From: Pedobacter sp.
GTDB lineage: Bacteria; Desulfobacterota; Desulfuromonadia; Desulfuromonadales; Syntrophotaleaceae
NCBI GenBank assembly: GCA_050253415.1
Contig: JBFWJC010000004.1
Span: 32,001-96,000, forward strand
Reading direction: 5' to 3'
DNA: 64,000 bases
Position 1 is the stretch's first letter. Each line of letters begins with the position of its first letter. A program made the position numbers and the translations under genes. Below, one piece after another: positions 19,752 through 28,442 of the stretch. The notes beneath the pieces are model-generated. The model saw only the letters and a list, made by a program, of their open reading frames with translations. It was not told the origin of the DNA and did not search any database.

Positions 19752-20615
19752 TTATTCTTTTTTATTACTAAAGACCTCGGCAAATTTGCTTGTACTGAAA
19801 ACCCGTCCATTCTTCAAAACGCCCCACTTTCCTCCATAGGGGTCTTCCGGCAACATATCAAGGTAACGCCGAGTCACTAATTCCTCCAAAGCAACTGGCA
19901 TCCGCCCTTCTTTATTCTTGAATTGCTCGAGAGCTTCTTCGATCGACACAGCTCTCTCCAAGGCAAGTAGGCGCTTTTCAAGGGGCCTGCGAATGAGAGG
20001 GTTATCTGTTTCCTCTATCATCTGCCTGAGAAACAGAAGTCCTGTCTTCGATTTACCACCATAATAAGCAAGACGCGCAGCCAACTTTGGGAAATATCCT
20101 GGGCTGCCGGGCAACCGCGAGGCAGTCATAATATAATCGGCGGCGGCTCCTTCATCATGGAGAAAATAAAAATAATTAAACCCAATAAAAAAAGGCAGCC
20201 GCCAATCCTTGATGCGATAACCGGCGCCTTTTTCCAATATTTTATTTGCCTCTTCAGGCATGCCCGCATCCCAGGCAAGCAGGCCTTCGGCAAGAAAATA
20301 GGGATCGACAAAATAGGGATCAAGATCGGTCACTACATTAAGACTATTAATGAAATATTGCCAATCGTCTTCATTCAAAGATTTACCTTCACCGGCCCTA
20401 CCGCCAAAAAAAGTTGCGGCTTTCAAAAACAAAAAATCCGACAGAATCCCCTTATTGCCCAGCGCCAGAATTCGGCTAAATCTGGACGGAATCACATAAC
20501 CGGCAGGCGTATCCGAGCGCACCTTTTCTCGAATGTTCCACACCCCGGAATGAAGCAGCCAATGGGCTGACAGCACAGTCAGAATCGTCAGAAAGAGGAG
20601 GAGGCGCCGCATCAA
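19752..20615 (-). CDS. Membrane-anchored TPR-like protein of the pilin-linked ABC module (XapA-like)
   Basis: N-terminal TM; helical-repeat region (VTDLDPYF...ILEKG...WRLPFFIGFNYFYFLHD); C-terminal LEELV...LPEDPYGG; overlaps the permease gene. Confidence 0.6.
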   Translation of the reverse strand: MMRRLLLFLTILTVLSAHWLLHSGVWNIREKVRSDTPAGYVIPSRFSRILALGNKGILSDFLFLKAATFFGGRAGEGKSLNEDDWQYFINSLNVVTDLDPYFVDPYFLAEGLLAWDAGMPEEANKILEKGAGYRIKDWRLPFFIGFNYFYFLHDEGAAADYIMTASRLPGSPGYFPKLAARLAYYGGKSKTGLLFLRQMIEETDNPLIRRPLEKRLLALERAVSIEEALEQFKNKEGRMPVALEELVTRRYLDMLPEDPYGGKWGVLKNGRVFSTSKFAEVFSNKKE

Positions 20616-21427
20616 TTGAACTCTCTACGAGCAAAAATGACCGAACCCAGTAACAATAGCAGCGTCACATAGGTCCCTGCGTATCCTAAAGAAAGGACAA
20701 AGCGACTAGTCTCGACAGCGAGGCCATGAGCGGCTTCCAACGAAAAATCAAATGCAGAAAGATTAGGCAGAAGATAGGAGACAACCGCTATAAAATACTT
20801 CAGTGCCCCCGGGACGAGGATTTCCTTTGCAGCAAATGCGGAATTTAGATAAAAGACGACCTCTTCGATCGTCACCCCGACGACATAACTGCTTATGGAA
20901 AAAATAAGGGTAATAAAAGAGCTGCTGGTAATCGAACTGAAAAAAACCACAATTCCGGTTAATACAGATATTTTTATGAATACAAAAAAACAAGCGATGA
21001 GAAAAATTGACCAGTGAAATCCAATAAAATAACCGGGATAAATCCGAAACAGTAGAAAAACGGTAGCACAGGAAAAAAGAACCAGCATCATCATTGACAC
21101 CAGAGCAAAAAGCTGGATACCGAAAAATTTCCCCCAAATGTATTGCCCCCGGGTAATTGGCTTGGAAAGAACCAGATGTATCGTCTTGCGATCGATATCC
21201 TTGGCCATCAGATTGATCCCGATGAAAAATATCAGCAGAAGCCCAGTAAGAGAGAGAGCGCTGAGATTCATATCGACGGTAACCTTACCGATATCCCGCA
21301 TAAAAAACCCGGCAACAGCGATGTTCAAACCAAAAAGAAAAAGAGCCAGGAGGGCAATGCCAAAAAGGGCCCGGTTCCGAATACCTTCCTTGAAGGTAAT
21401 AATGGCAAGTGAAAAGATACGTTTCAT
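20612..21427 (-). CDS. ABC-2 type permease (PilI/XapB-like)
   Basis: About six TM helices; KDIDRKTIHLVLSKPITRGQYIWGKFFG and FARREF; coupled to the ATPase gene. Confidence 0.85.
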   Translation of the reverse strand: MKRIFSLAIITFKEGIRNRALFGIALLALFLFGLNIAVAGFFMRDIGKVTVDMNLSALSLTGLLLIFFIGINLMAKDIDRKTIHLVLSKPITRGQYIWGKFFGIQLFALVSMMMLVLFSCATVFLLFRIYPGYFIGFHWSIFLIACFFVFIKISVLTGIVVFFSSITSSSFITLIFSISSYVVGVTIEEVVFYLNSAFAAKEILVPGALKYFIAVVSYLLPNLSAFDFSLEAAHGLAVETSRFVLSLGYAGTYVTLLLLLGSVIFARREFN

Positions 21428-22350
21428 TTACCCTGCTCCATGACAACTTCCATAAATAGATCTTCGAGCGAAGCCCATTCAGATCTGCAACTTAGAACTT
21501 CAACACCGAAGCGTTGCAGACATTCGTTCACCTCGTAATACCGTGCGGAGGAAACGGCAAGCAAATGTCCTCTTCCTTCGGAACAAAAGTTGTCGACCAG
21601 CGGTTGGATCTCCTGCTGCTGCGACTCGGAGAGCTCGGAAGTAACCAGATGTATTGAGCTACCGTTTCCCTGCAAAAAATCATCCCGACTGAAACGTCTG
21701 ACCAGACTGCCGTTCGTCATCAATCCGATGCGATCACACAACCGTTCGACATCACTTAAAATATGAGAGCAGAAAAAAACGGTCTTGCCCTGCTGTTTCA
21801 ACTCAAGAACCAGATCAAAAACCATCTTGCGGCCAATAGGGTCAAGACCTGACATCGGTTCGTCAAGAATGATCATGGGCGGATCATGCAACAGCGCAAA
21901 ACAGATGCCTGCCCTCTGTAGCATCCCTTTGGAAAAGGTCCGCAACGGACGATTTCGGGCATGAAAAAGATTCAGTTTTTCCATCAACTCGTTGCCACGC
22001 CGTTTCGCTCGTAAGGATTCGATCCCAGAAGCCTGCCCACAAAAAACAAGGAGCTCCTGCAGGGTCAAGTGATCGTACAGATAGGGATTTTCCGGCAGGT
22101 AGCCGATCTCTCGATGAATGTTGGCTTCCTTAAGAGACTTCCCGCGAAAGAGAATTGTTCCGCTATCCGGTCGGATCAGGCCCAGCAACAGCCTGATAGT
22201 CGTGCTCTTCCCAGCGCCGTTGGGCCCGATAAGGCCGAGGACCTCACCGCGCATTACCTCAAAACTTAATTTATGAACCGCCCGAACTTTTTTCTTAAAG
22301 AGACCTGGATTATAGGTCTTAGAAACCTCATGTAATGCAACTTCAATCAT
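21424..22350 (-). CDS. ABC transporter ATPase (PilH/XapD-like)
   Basis: GPNGAGKST, IGYLPENPYLY, FSKGMLQR, LDEPMSGLDP, CSHILSDVE and SLEDLF motifs. Confidence 0.9.
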   Translation of the reverse strand: MIEVALHEVSKTYNPGLFKKKVRAVHKLSFEVMRGEVLGLIGPNGAGKSTTIRLLLGLIRPDSGTILFRGKSLKEANIHREIGYLPENPYLYDHLTLQELLVFCGQASGIESLRAKRRGNELMEKLNLFHARNRPLRTFSKGMLQRAGICFALLHDPPMIILDEPMSGLDPIGRKMVFDLVLELKQQGKTVFFCSHILSDVERLCDRIGLMTNGSLVRRFSRDDFLQGNGSSIHLVTSELSESQQQEIQPLVDNFCSEGRGHLLAVSSARYYEVNECLQRFGVEVLSCRSEWASLEDLFMEVVMEQGK

Positions 22351-24196
22351 GACCCAACTCCAGATTTTTAAAATCTACCTTTTGTCCATGCGGCCAGAAA
22401 GAGTCCAACGGTCGTCCGGTAGCCTTTGCAGCTTTAAGCATATTCAAATAGTGCAAAAATCCCTCTGTGCGGGGATCCAACGGCATCAGATCGATGGCAC
22501 GCTGGATGGCCCTGCGCGCATCGGCCTCCCTACCAACTTTTAAGTAAAGGCGAGCCAAATCATACCATTGCCAGCGTGCGCCTTCAAGAGTTGATAACCT
22601 TTCGTAATACGGAAGGATTTCTCTTGCCAAAAGGTCGTCTTCCCGCTTAAGCGCGTCGCGGAGGTAACCAGGTAAAGCTCCGTTAAGCACGCGATAGGAG
22701 CTGTATGGATGTTCGGCCAAACTACCAAAGGTTTCCAGAGAAGCCTCAAAGGGTTTCCCACTGAGAAAATCACGTTTAAAGGCTCCTATTTTGATTTCCT
22801 GATAAAACAACGAGACGGTTAGGAACAATCCGAGTAGCAAAAATATCAGAACCGAGGGTCTTCCCCATGTGGAAATGCGTATTTTGACCAAAGGATATTG
22901 GGATAACAGCACACCCAGACAGACGAAAAAAAGAATTAATAATGGCGGAGAACGAAAAGGCCACTCAAACATCGATTGAACAATAAAGGGGAGAAGAAAC
23001 AAATGGCTATAGAGAAAAAAGGGATCTGTTACCTTATCCTCGCGAACAAATTTCACCAAAACCTCAAACAACAACAGAATAAGCAGAAACGCCACCAGAG
23101 CAAATGCGAAAATGCCTCCCTCGCAAAGAACTTGTAACAGGTCGTTGTGTGCCCAGTTCGTACTTTTCATGGCCTCATAAGGGACAAAACCAAGAAAATC
23201 ATGTGATAGAGGCCCATAGGAATTCATAACATTTTTATAATGATCGAGACCAATACCCAACCAAGGGTGATCAAGAAAAATCAAGATGGCACTCGTCCAA
23301 AATACAAAGCGCCCTGAAGGGTTAATCCCTGTATCAGTTAGAGGACGAACCATCTGCAATTCCGGTGCACTGTTCCATACAAGCACTTTGAAAAACAGGA
23401 ATATAGCGCCCAAGAGAAACATTAAGCGAAAGAACTCTCTTCTTCCATCCCCATCTCTGGCAAGATAACGACGACTTACGACCAACCATGTCAAAAAACC
23501 GAAGACTAACCCCATGGACAGCAAGCCTGACCGAGATAGAGTTAATAAGAAAACAGACGCAACCAGCGCAAAAGGTACAAAGCGAAGGATGGCAAGCCTG
23601 CTTGCTCGCTGATCTACGGAAAGGTGAATATATCGATAAAAAAAGGCCAATAGGGTGACGGTCAGGAACAGAGCGAACTGATTGGCCTGACCATAAGGAC
23701 CAAATACCCTAGCCATTGTATTAGGAGGAAGTAGATAGGGGATAAGCATGGAGCGGGTGGAGCCAAGTAACAGATAATAGACATATTCATAAAGGCCAAG
23801 AAGAGCGGCAACCAGCCCAAAAAAAACCAAAGCATCAACCAATTTTTCGTGGAAGGCGGGGACCCTGGCAGAATAATGGGTCACCAAAAACAAAAAACAA
23901 ATAAAAACCGCAAAAATAGCAGATTGTAACAACGCCCATCCTGGTACAAGAGCCTGCCATGCAGAAATGAAAAAAACTGACCAGAGCAAAATGAAAACAG
24001 CTAACACCGGGGATACCCTGAGCTCCGAGTCCTCAAAGAAACACCGGAGAGCACAAATCAGCACTGCAAAGGTAAAGACATACAACTTTCCGGCGGAAGC
24101 AATATCTCCCAAAAAGGGTAAGGTGATAAATTGCAAAAGCAGTATGCCAACCGCAGCCAGAGTTACCCTTTGCCCTTCGCTCTCCATCAATTCCAT
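22343..24196 (-). CDS. O-antigen-ligase-family protein, PglL-like O-oligosaccharyltransferase with C-terminal TPR
   Basis: About 12 TM helices; GPYGQANQFA (PglL-type GQxN), TLSRSG, GRFVFW...HPWLGIG, WAHNDLLQVLCEGG and QSMFEWPF; immediately downstream of the pilin genes. Confidence 0.8.
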   Translation of the reverse strand: MELMESEGQRVTLAAVGILLLQFITLPFLGDIASAGKLYVFTFAVLICALRCFFEDSELRVSPVLAVFILLWSVFFISAWQALVPGWALLQSAIFAVFICFLFLVTHYSARVPAFHEKLVDALVFFGLVAALLGLYEYVYYLLLGSTRSMLIPYLLPPNTMARVFGPYGQANQFALFLTVTLLAFFYRYIHLSVDQRASRLAILRFVPFALVASVFLLTLSRSGLLSMGLVFGFLTWLVVSRRYLARDGDGRREFFRLMFLLGAIFLFFKVLVWNSAPELQMVRPLTDTGINPSGRFVFWTSAILIFLDHPWLGIGLDHYKNVMNSYGPLSHDFLGFVPYEAMKSTNWAHNDLLQVLCEGGIFAFALVAFLLILLLFEVLVKFVREDKVTDPFFLYSHLFLLPFIVQSMFEWPFRSPPLLILFFVCLGVLLSQYPLVKIRISTWGRPSVLIFLLLGLFLTVSLFYQEIKIGAFKRDFLSGKPFEASLETFGSLAEHPYSSYRVLNGALPGYLRDALKREDDLLAREILPYYERLSTLEGARWQWYDLARLYLKVGREADARRAIQRAIDLMPLDPRTEGFLHYLNMLKAAKATGRPLDSFWPHGQKVDFKNLELGHD

Positions 24197-24221
24197 AATC
24201 CCAAGGAAAATAAAAAAGTTT

Positions 24222-24251
24222 AAAAAAAGCCCCTCCCGTTAGGGAGGGGCT
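24222..24251 (-). terminator. Intrinsic terminator after the pilin genes
   Basis: Minus strand AGCCCCTCCC-TAAC-GGGAGGGGCT followed by TTTTTT. Confidence 0.85.
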
Positions 24252-24277
24252 GCCAATCAAATGTTTACGCCCTTAAA

Positions 24278-24670
24278 TTACAGGTTCCATTCATTGGTTG
24301 TCCACTCAGACTCCGAAGCCTTGCTTACGGGAATCGTATCAAGAACGGTGGCTGTTTCATCACCGGTGGTGTAGGACTTGCTGAAAATATTGTTCACGTT
24401 CTGAGCAGTGCCGTACGCCATATTGCCCCCAGGGTGAACCGTTGCGATGGAATACCATTGCGCGGTAACTGCATCAGTACCATCAGTTGCATACTTGGCA
24501 ACAACTTTGGGGGAGAGCCCGATGCCATCGGTATAGAGAATATTGTCGGTACCAACACTGTCACCGAAACCGAGTTTCCCATCAACCCCTGTAGTGCTAA
24601 GGAGTTCAAAAGCGAAAGAGCCGCTCGCAACCAGCATCAGCGCGACGGTAAGTACAAGAATTTTTTTCAT
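24278..24670 (-). CDS. PilA-C-like partner of the short pilin (secreted, separately encoded globular domain)
   Basis: GGAGG RBS; Sec signal peptide MKKILVLTVALMLVASGSFA; ~110 aa mature domain (GLSPKVVAKY, WYSIATVHPGGNMAYGT); directly behind the short pilin, as in Geobacter pilA-N/pilA-C. Confidence 0.75.
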   Translation of the reverse strand: MKKILVLTVALMLVASGSFAFELLSTTGVDGKLGFGDSVGTDNILYTDGIGLSPKVVAKYATDGTDAVTAQWYSIATVHPGGNMAYGTAQNVNNIFSKSYTTGDETATVLDTIPVSKASESEWTTNEWNL

Positions 24671-24714
24671 AAATGCCTCCAATTTTAAGCCTTAGTTTCT
24701 AAATGCAGCTGGGA

Positions 24715-24930
24715 TCAGTTATAGGGGTAGAAATACTCATCGGTATAAAAACCTTCAAGCGATGTCTTAATGGTCTTAAGGTCAGCCTGAGCAGCGGTGT
24801 TAAATGCCTTCTGCCGATAAGAAGCGAACTGCGGAATGGCAATAGCCGCCAGGATGCCGATGATCGCGACAACGATCAACAACTCGATCAGAGTAAAACC
24901 CTTTTGTGATTTCTTGAACCTGTTTAGCAT
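24715..24930 (-). CDS. pilA: Short type IVa major pilin (PilA-N / geopilin type), 60 aa mature
   Basis: Class III signal KG|FTLIELLIVVAIIGILAAIAIPQF; ATG at 24930 after GAGGAG; directly downstream of pilR. Confidence 0.95.
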   Translation of the reverse strand: MLNRFKKSQKGFTLIELLIVVAIIGILAAIAIPQFASYRQKAFNTAAQADLKTIKTSLEGFYTDEYFYPYN

Positions 24931-25076
24931 GTTTAACTCTCCTCTCAAAATGAATGGACCTTGGATGCCGAAGCACCGACGACAAACAACTGTTAATTGA
25001 ATTTTGCTTTTTTATGCACTCTTTTTACTTTTGGGTGCAAGAAAAAAATAGTTTCATAATCTATGGGGTCTATAAT

Positions 25077-25092
25077 AGCAACAAAGATGCCA
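25077..25092 (-). promoter_or_regulatory. Sigma54 (-24/-12) promoter of pilA
   Basis: Minus strand TGGCATCTTTGTTGCT (GG-N10-GC) between pilR and pilA. Confidence 0.8.
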
Positions 25093-25206
25093 CATTTTTA
25101 TTAAAAACAAAATTACCTCAAGCTGCTGTTTTTTTTGGATTTTTCAAAAATAAAAAAACAAAGCATGCAATTCAAAACCAATATAAGTCATTTTATGCTC
25201 CCAAAA

Positions 25207-25223
25207 GTGACAATATCCGTCAC
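25207..25223. promoter_or_regulatory. Candidate PilR upstream activating sequence
   Basis: Palindrome GTGAC-N7-GTCAC about 115 bp upstream of the pilA -24 box, with A/T tracts in between. Confidence 0.5.
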
Positions 25224-25284
25224 GCAGCTTATCTCGATTCTTTTCAATTTCCTCCCATTTGAAACGTGAGTTTGCGGCATAGAG

Positions 25285-26703
25285 TTACTCATCCTCCCCA
25301 TCCACTTCTACACCAAATTTGGCCAAACGATAGCGAATCGAACGAAAGGTGATTCCGAGCAACTCGGCCGCGCGCTTGCGTACACCGCCGGTTCGATCCA
25401 AAGCCTTTAACAGGATATCCTTCTCAATGGCGCCAAGATAGGCGTCGAGATCAAGACCATCCTCCGGCAAAGAGGCAAACGAACTGTCATTTATCTCGAC
25501 ACTGCCACGTATTTGCGGCGGCAAGCTATCCTCGCTAAGAGTCTCGCCCCGGCCCAAGACAACACAACGCTCCATGGAATTTTCGAGTTCACGGATGTTG
25601 CCAGGCCAGTGGTAATCGAGAAGACGACGTATGACATTATCAGGTATAGCTAAATCGGGATTTCCCGACAGTTTTCCAAGAAAATGCTGCACCAGTAGAG
25701 GAATATCCTCGCGTCTCTCACGTAAGGGCGGTAGAGCTATCTGAATAACATTAAGGCGATAAAACAGGTCCTCGCGAAACTGTTCTGCGGATACGGCTTG
25801 CCCTAGATCCTTATTGGTTGCGGCAACGAGGCGCACATCAACCTTAATATCACGGGTACCACCGACACGACGAAATTCGCGTTCCTGAATGACACGTAGA
25901 AGTTTTACCTGCATCATGGACGGCAATTCTGCAATTTCATCCAGGAACAACGTCCCACCATCGGCTACCTCGAATAGACCTGATTTTTGTTGCACAGCGC
26001 CGGTAAAGGCACCTTTTTCGTGCCCGAACAACTCACTCTCGAGAAGATTCTCGGGGATCGCTCCACAGTTAATGGCAACAAAGGCCGCATCTCGCCGGTC
26101 ACTGTTATAGTGAATGGCACGAGCTACCAATTCCTTACCGGTACCACTCTCCCCGGTCACAAGAACATTGACCTTGCTTGCAGCAACCTTTTCGATAAGG
26201 TTAAACACATCCTGCATGATTTTGCTTTTGCCAATAATATTGGCAAACGAAAACCGCTGGCCCAACTCCTTTTTTAACTTCAGATTTTCACGGCGCAGAT
26301 CCATGCGCTCCAGCGCATTTTCGACCACCAAACGGATTTCTTCATTTTTAAAAGGCTTGGTAATATAGTCGTAAGCGCCCTGTTTCATGGCATCAACAGC
26401 TTGTTCGGTAGAGGAAAAAGCGGTAATCATGATCATGGCTGTGCCGGGACACCGATCTTTGACATAGTCCAGCACACCAAAACCATCCAGGCGCGGCATT
26501 TTAATATCACTGATGACCAGGTCATAAGACTGATCCTTAAGCCGGTTAATGGCTTGTTGCCCGTCTCCAACCGCTTCAACCAGATACCCATCTCTTTGCA
26601 ATAAAATGCAAAGAAACTCGCGCATACTCTCCTCATCATCCACGATTAGGATACGATGCCGTTTTTTCTGCAGGCTGTCCGTGTCTGAACTTTTCAAAGC
26701 CAT
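25285..26703 (-). CDS. pilR: Sigma54-dependent response regulator PilR
   Basis: Receiver, AAA+ domain (GESGTGKE, ESELFGHEKGAFTGA, FREDLFYRLNV) and Fis HTH (LLGITFRSIRYRL); lies between pilS and pilA. Confidence 0.92.
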   Translation of the reverse strand: MALKSSDTDSLQKKRHRILIVDDEESMREFLCILLQRDGYLVEAVGDGQQAINRLKDQSYDLVISDIKMPRLDGFGVLDYVKDRCPGTAMIMITAFSSTEQAVDAMKQGAYDYITKPFKNEEIRLVVENALERMDLRRENLKLKKELGQRFSFANIIGKSKIMQDVFNLIEKVAASKVNVLVTGESGTGKELVARAIHYNSDRRDAAFVAINCGAIPENLLESELFGHEKGAFTGAVQQKSGLFEVADGGTLFLDEIAELPSMMQVKLLRVIQEREFRRVGGTRDIKVDVRLVAATNKDLGQAVSAEQFREDLFYRLNVIQIALPPLRERREDIPLLVQHFLGKLSGNPDLAIPDNVIRRLLDYHWPGNIRELENSMERCVVLGRGETLSEDSLPPQIRGSVEINDSSFASLPEDGLDLDAYLGAIEKDILLKALDRTGGVRKRAAELLGITFRSIRYRLAKFGVEVDGEDE

Positions 26704-26783
26704 TGCAATCCTTAATTGTCAAGCATATGTGGCGGCGTGACAAAGGCACTTATATGCACCTTTGTTTCTCAAGCCTTCTCTTC

Positions 26784-28442
26784 TCAAATCTCAGACTCTT
26801 GAGTTGGCAGATGAATGACAAATTTAGCACCGCCGTCGGTGCGGTTTTCCAACTCAAGTGTGCCACCATGGGCCTCAATGATGCTATGTACCGTAGCCAA
26901 CCCCAAACCAGTTCCGTGATCTTTAGTGGTAAAGAAAGGGTCATAGATTTTTTGCCGCAACAACGGTGGCACACCTGCCCCGGAATCGGCTACGATCAAA
27001 TCTTGACTCAATGGATCATAGGAAAAAACCACATTTCCTCCCGCCGGCATAGCTTCGGCGGCATTGATAAGAAGATTCCAGAGCGCCTGTCGCAATTGAT
27101 TGCGATCCCCATAAAGCAAAGCATCATGTGGACAGGAGCGCTGCAATTCAATGGCTGCAAAGCGTCTATCGCCGGCGCAAAGATCAGAAAGTTCGTGTAC
27201 CAGTTCTGCAGCTTTAAACCAATGCTTTTCCGGTTGAGATGGACGGGCAAAAAGCAGAAATTCCTGCAAAAGATGATTAAGTCGATCGACTTCCTTAACT
27301 ACGATATTCATCAAATGACGATCTTCGCTGCCAAGCGCAGTATTTTCCCGAAGTAATTGTACCGAACCACTTATGGATGCCAGCGGATTGCGTATCTCAT
27401 GAGCCAAACCGGCAGCCAATTGCCCGACAGCGGCAAGACGGTCCGTGCGCTTAAGCCTCTCTTCCATTTCCTTCAAGTGGCTTAAATCCTGAAAAGTAAT
27501 CAGTAGACCATCGACATGCTGGGTTGGGTCCGTCAGAATTGAAGTATTGTACCCAACAGGGCGAGAATGGCCACTACAGTCCACAAGTGATCCTTCTCCC
27601 CTGGTGATCACCTGAAATTGTCCATCCACCAGCAAAGACTGCCCCGGAAGATAGTTGGAGACATTGGCATTGTATAATTCGCTAAAATTTGCCCCTAGCA
27701 TCTCCTCTGCAGCGGCATTAAGTGAGCGAATACGCTGTTGGCGATCGACGATTAATAAACCGCTGGCCATGTTAGCAAGGATTGCCCGATTAAGTCTCTC
27801 TAGTTCTCCATAATCTACTTCTATCTTCTGCCGCACATCTTCGCTGTGCCTCAGGCGGCTGACCAGCAAGCCACCGAGCACTCCGACAATCAGAAAGGCA
27901 AAAACATTAATAAAAAGTGTGTAAAGGGTCTCGACTCCGTCAGCCTCCATCGAAACAGAGACACCTGGCAACGGCGGTAAAAACCTATAGTATTGAAGAT
28001 TAACCAAGCTACCGTAGAGAATTGCCGCAGCGGAAGCAACCAACAGCACATCTCTGCGGGAAAGAAGCAATACGCTGCTCAGAATTACAAGAATATAAAA
28101 AGATGAAAAAAGGCTGACAATGCCACCAGTCAGATAAATCAAAAAAGTGGCGAAGAGCAAATCCCAAACGATCTGAGCCTGCGCTAACCATCGCATCGGC
28201 CCCAATTTTTTCACACATACCAGCGAAACCAAAGCTTGAAGATACGATATTGCGATCAACGCATAAAAGTAACGAAGAGCTGCCCACTGTTGCCCTGCGT
28301 TGCCTTGAATCTGAAATAAAATGGAACCGCCTAGAAAAAGGCTGATAACCAGCATGCGGATTCCAAGAAACCAGCGCATCAGCCTGGGTGTCAACCGCTG
28401 GCAACCGAGCCATGACAACGTACTAGGTAATTTGGGAGACAT
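26784..28442 (-). CDS. pilS: Sensor histidine kinase PilS
   Basis: About six TM helices, PAS domain, H-box LAHEIRNPL, N-box NLLINA and G-box GTGLGL. Confidence 0.9.
   Translation of the reverse strand: MSPKLPSTLSWLGCQRLTPRLMRWFLGIRMLVISLFLGGSILFQIQGNAGQQWAALRYFYALIAISYLQALVSLVCVKKLGPMRWLAQAQIVWDLLFATFLIYLTGGIVSLFSSFYILVILSSVLLLSRRDVLLVASAAAILYGSLVNLQYYRFLPPLPGVSVSMEADGVETLYTLFINVFAFLIVGVLGGLLVSRLRHSEDVRQKIEVDYGELERLNRAILANMASGLLIVDRQQRIRSLNAAAEEMLGANFSELYNANVSNYLPGQSLLVDGQFQVITRGEGSLVDCSGHSRPVGYNTSILTDPTQHVDGLLITFQDLSHLKEMEERLKRTDRLAAVGQLAAGLAHEIRNPLASISGSVQLLRENTALGSEDRHLMNIVVKEVDRLNHLLQEFLLFARPSQPEKHWFKAAELVHELSDLCAGDRRFAAIELQRSCPHDALLYGDRNQLRQALWNLLINAAEAMPAGGNVVFSYDPLSQDLIVADSGAGVPPLLRQKIYDPFFTTKDHGTGLGLATVHSIIEAHGGTLELENRTDGGAKFVIHLPTQESEI

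Noticed and set aside
24931..25014. Long pilA isoform like that of G. sulfurreducens
   Set aside because: The frame is open to a stop at 25012-25014 but has no in-frame ATG or GTG; the only TTG (24948) sits on the RBS.
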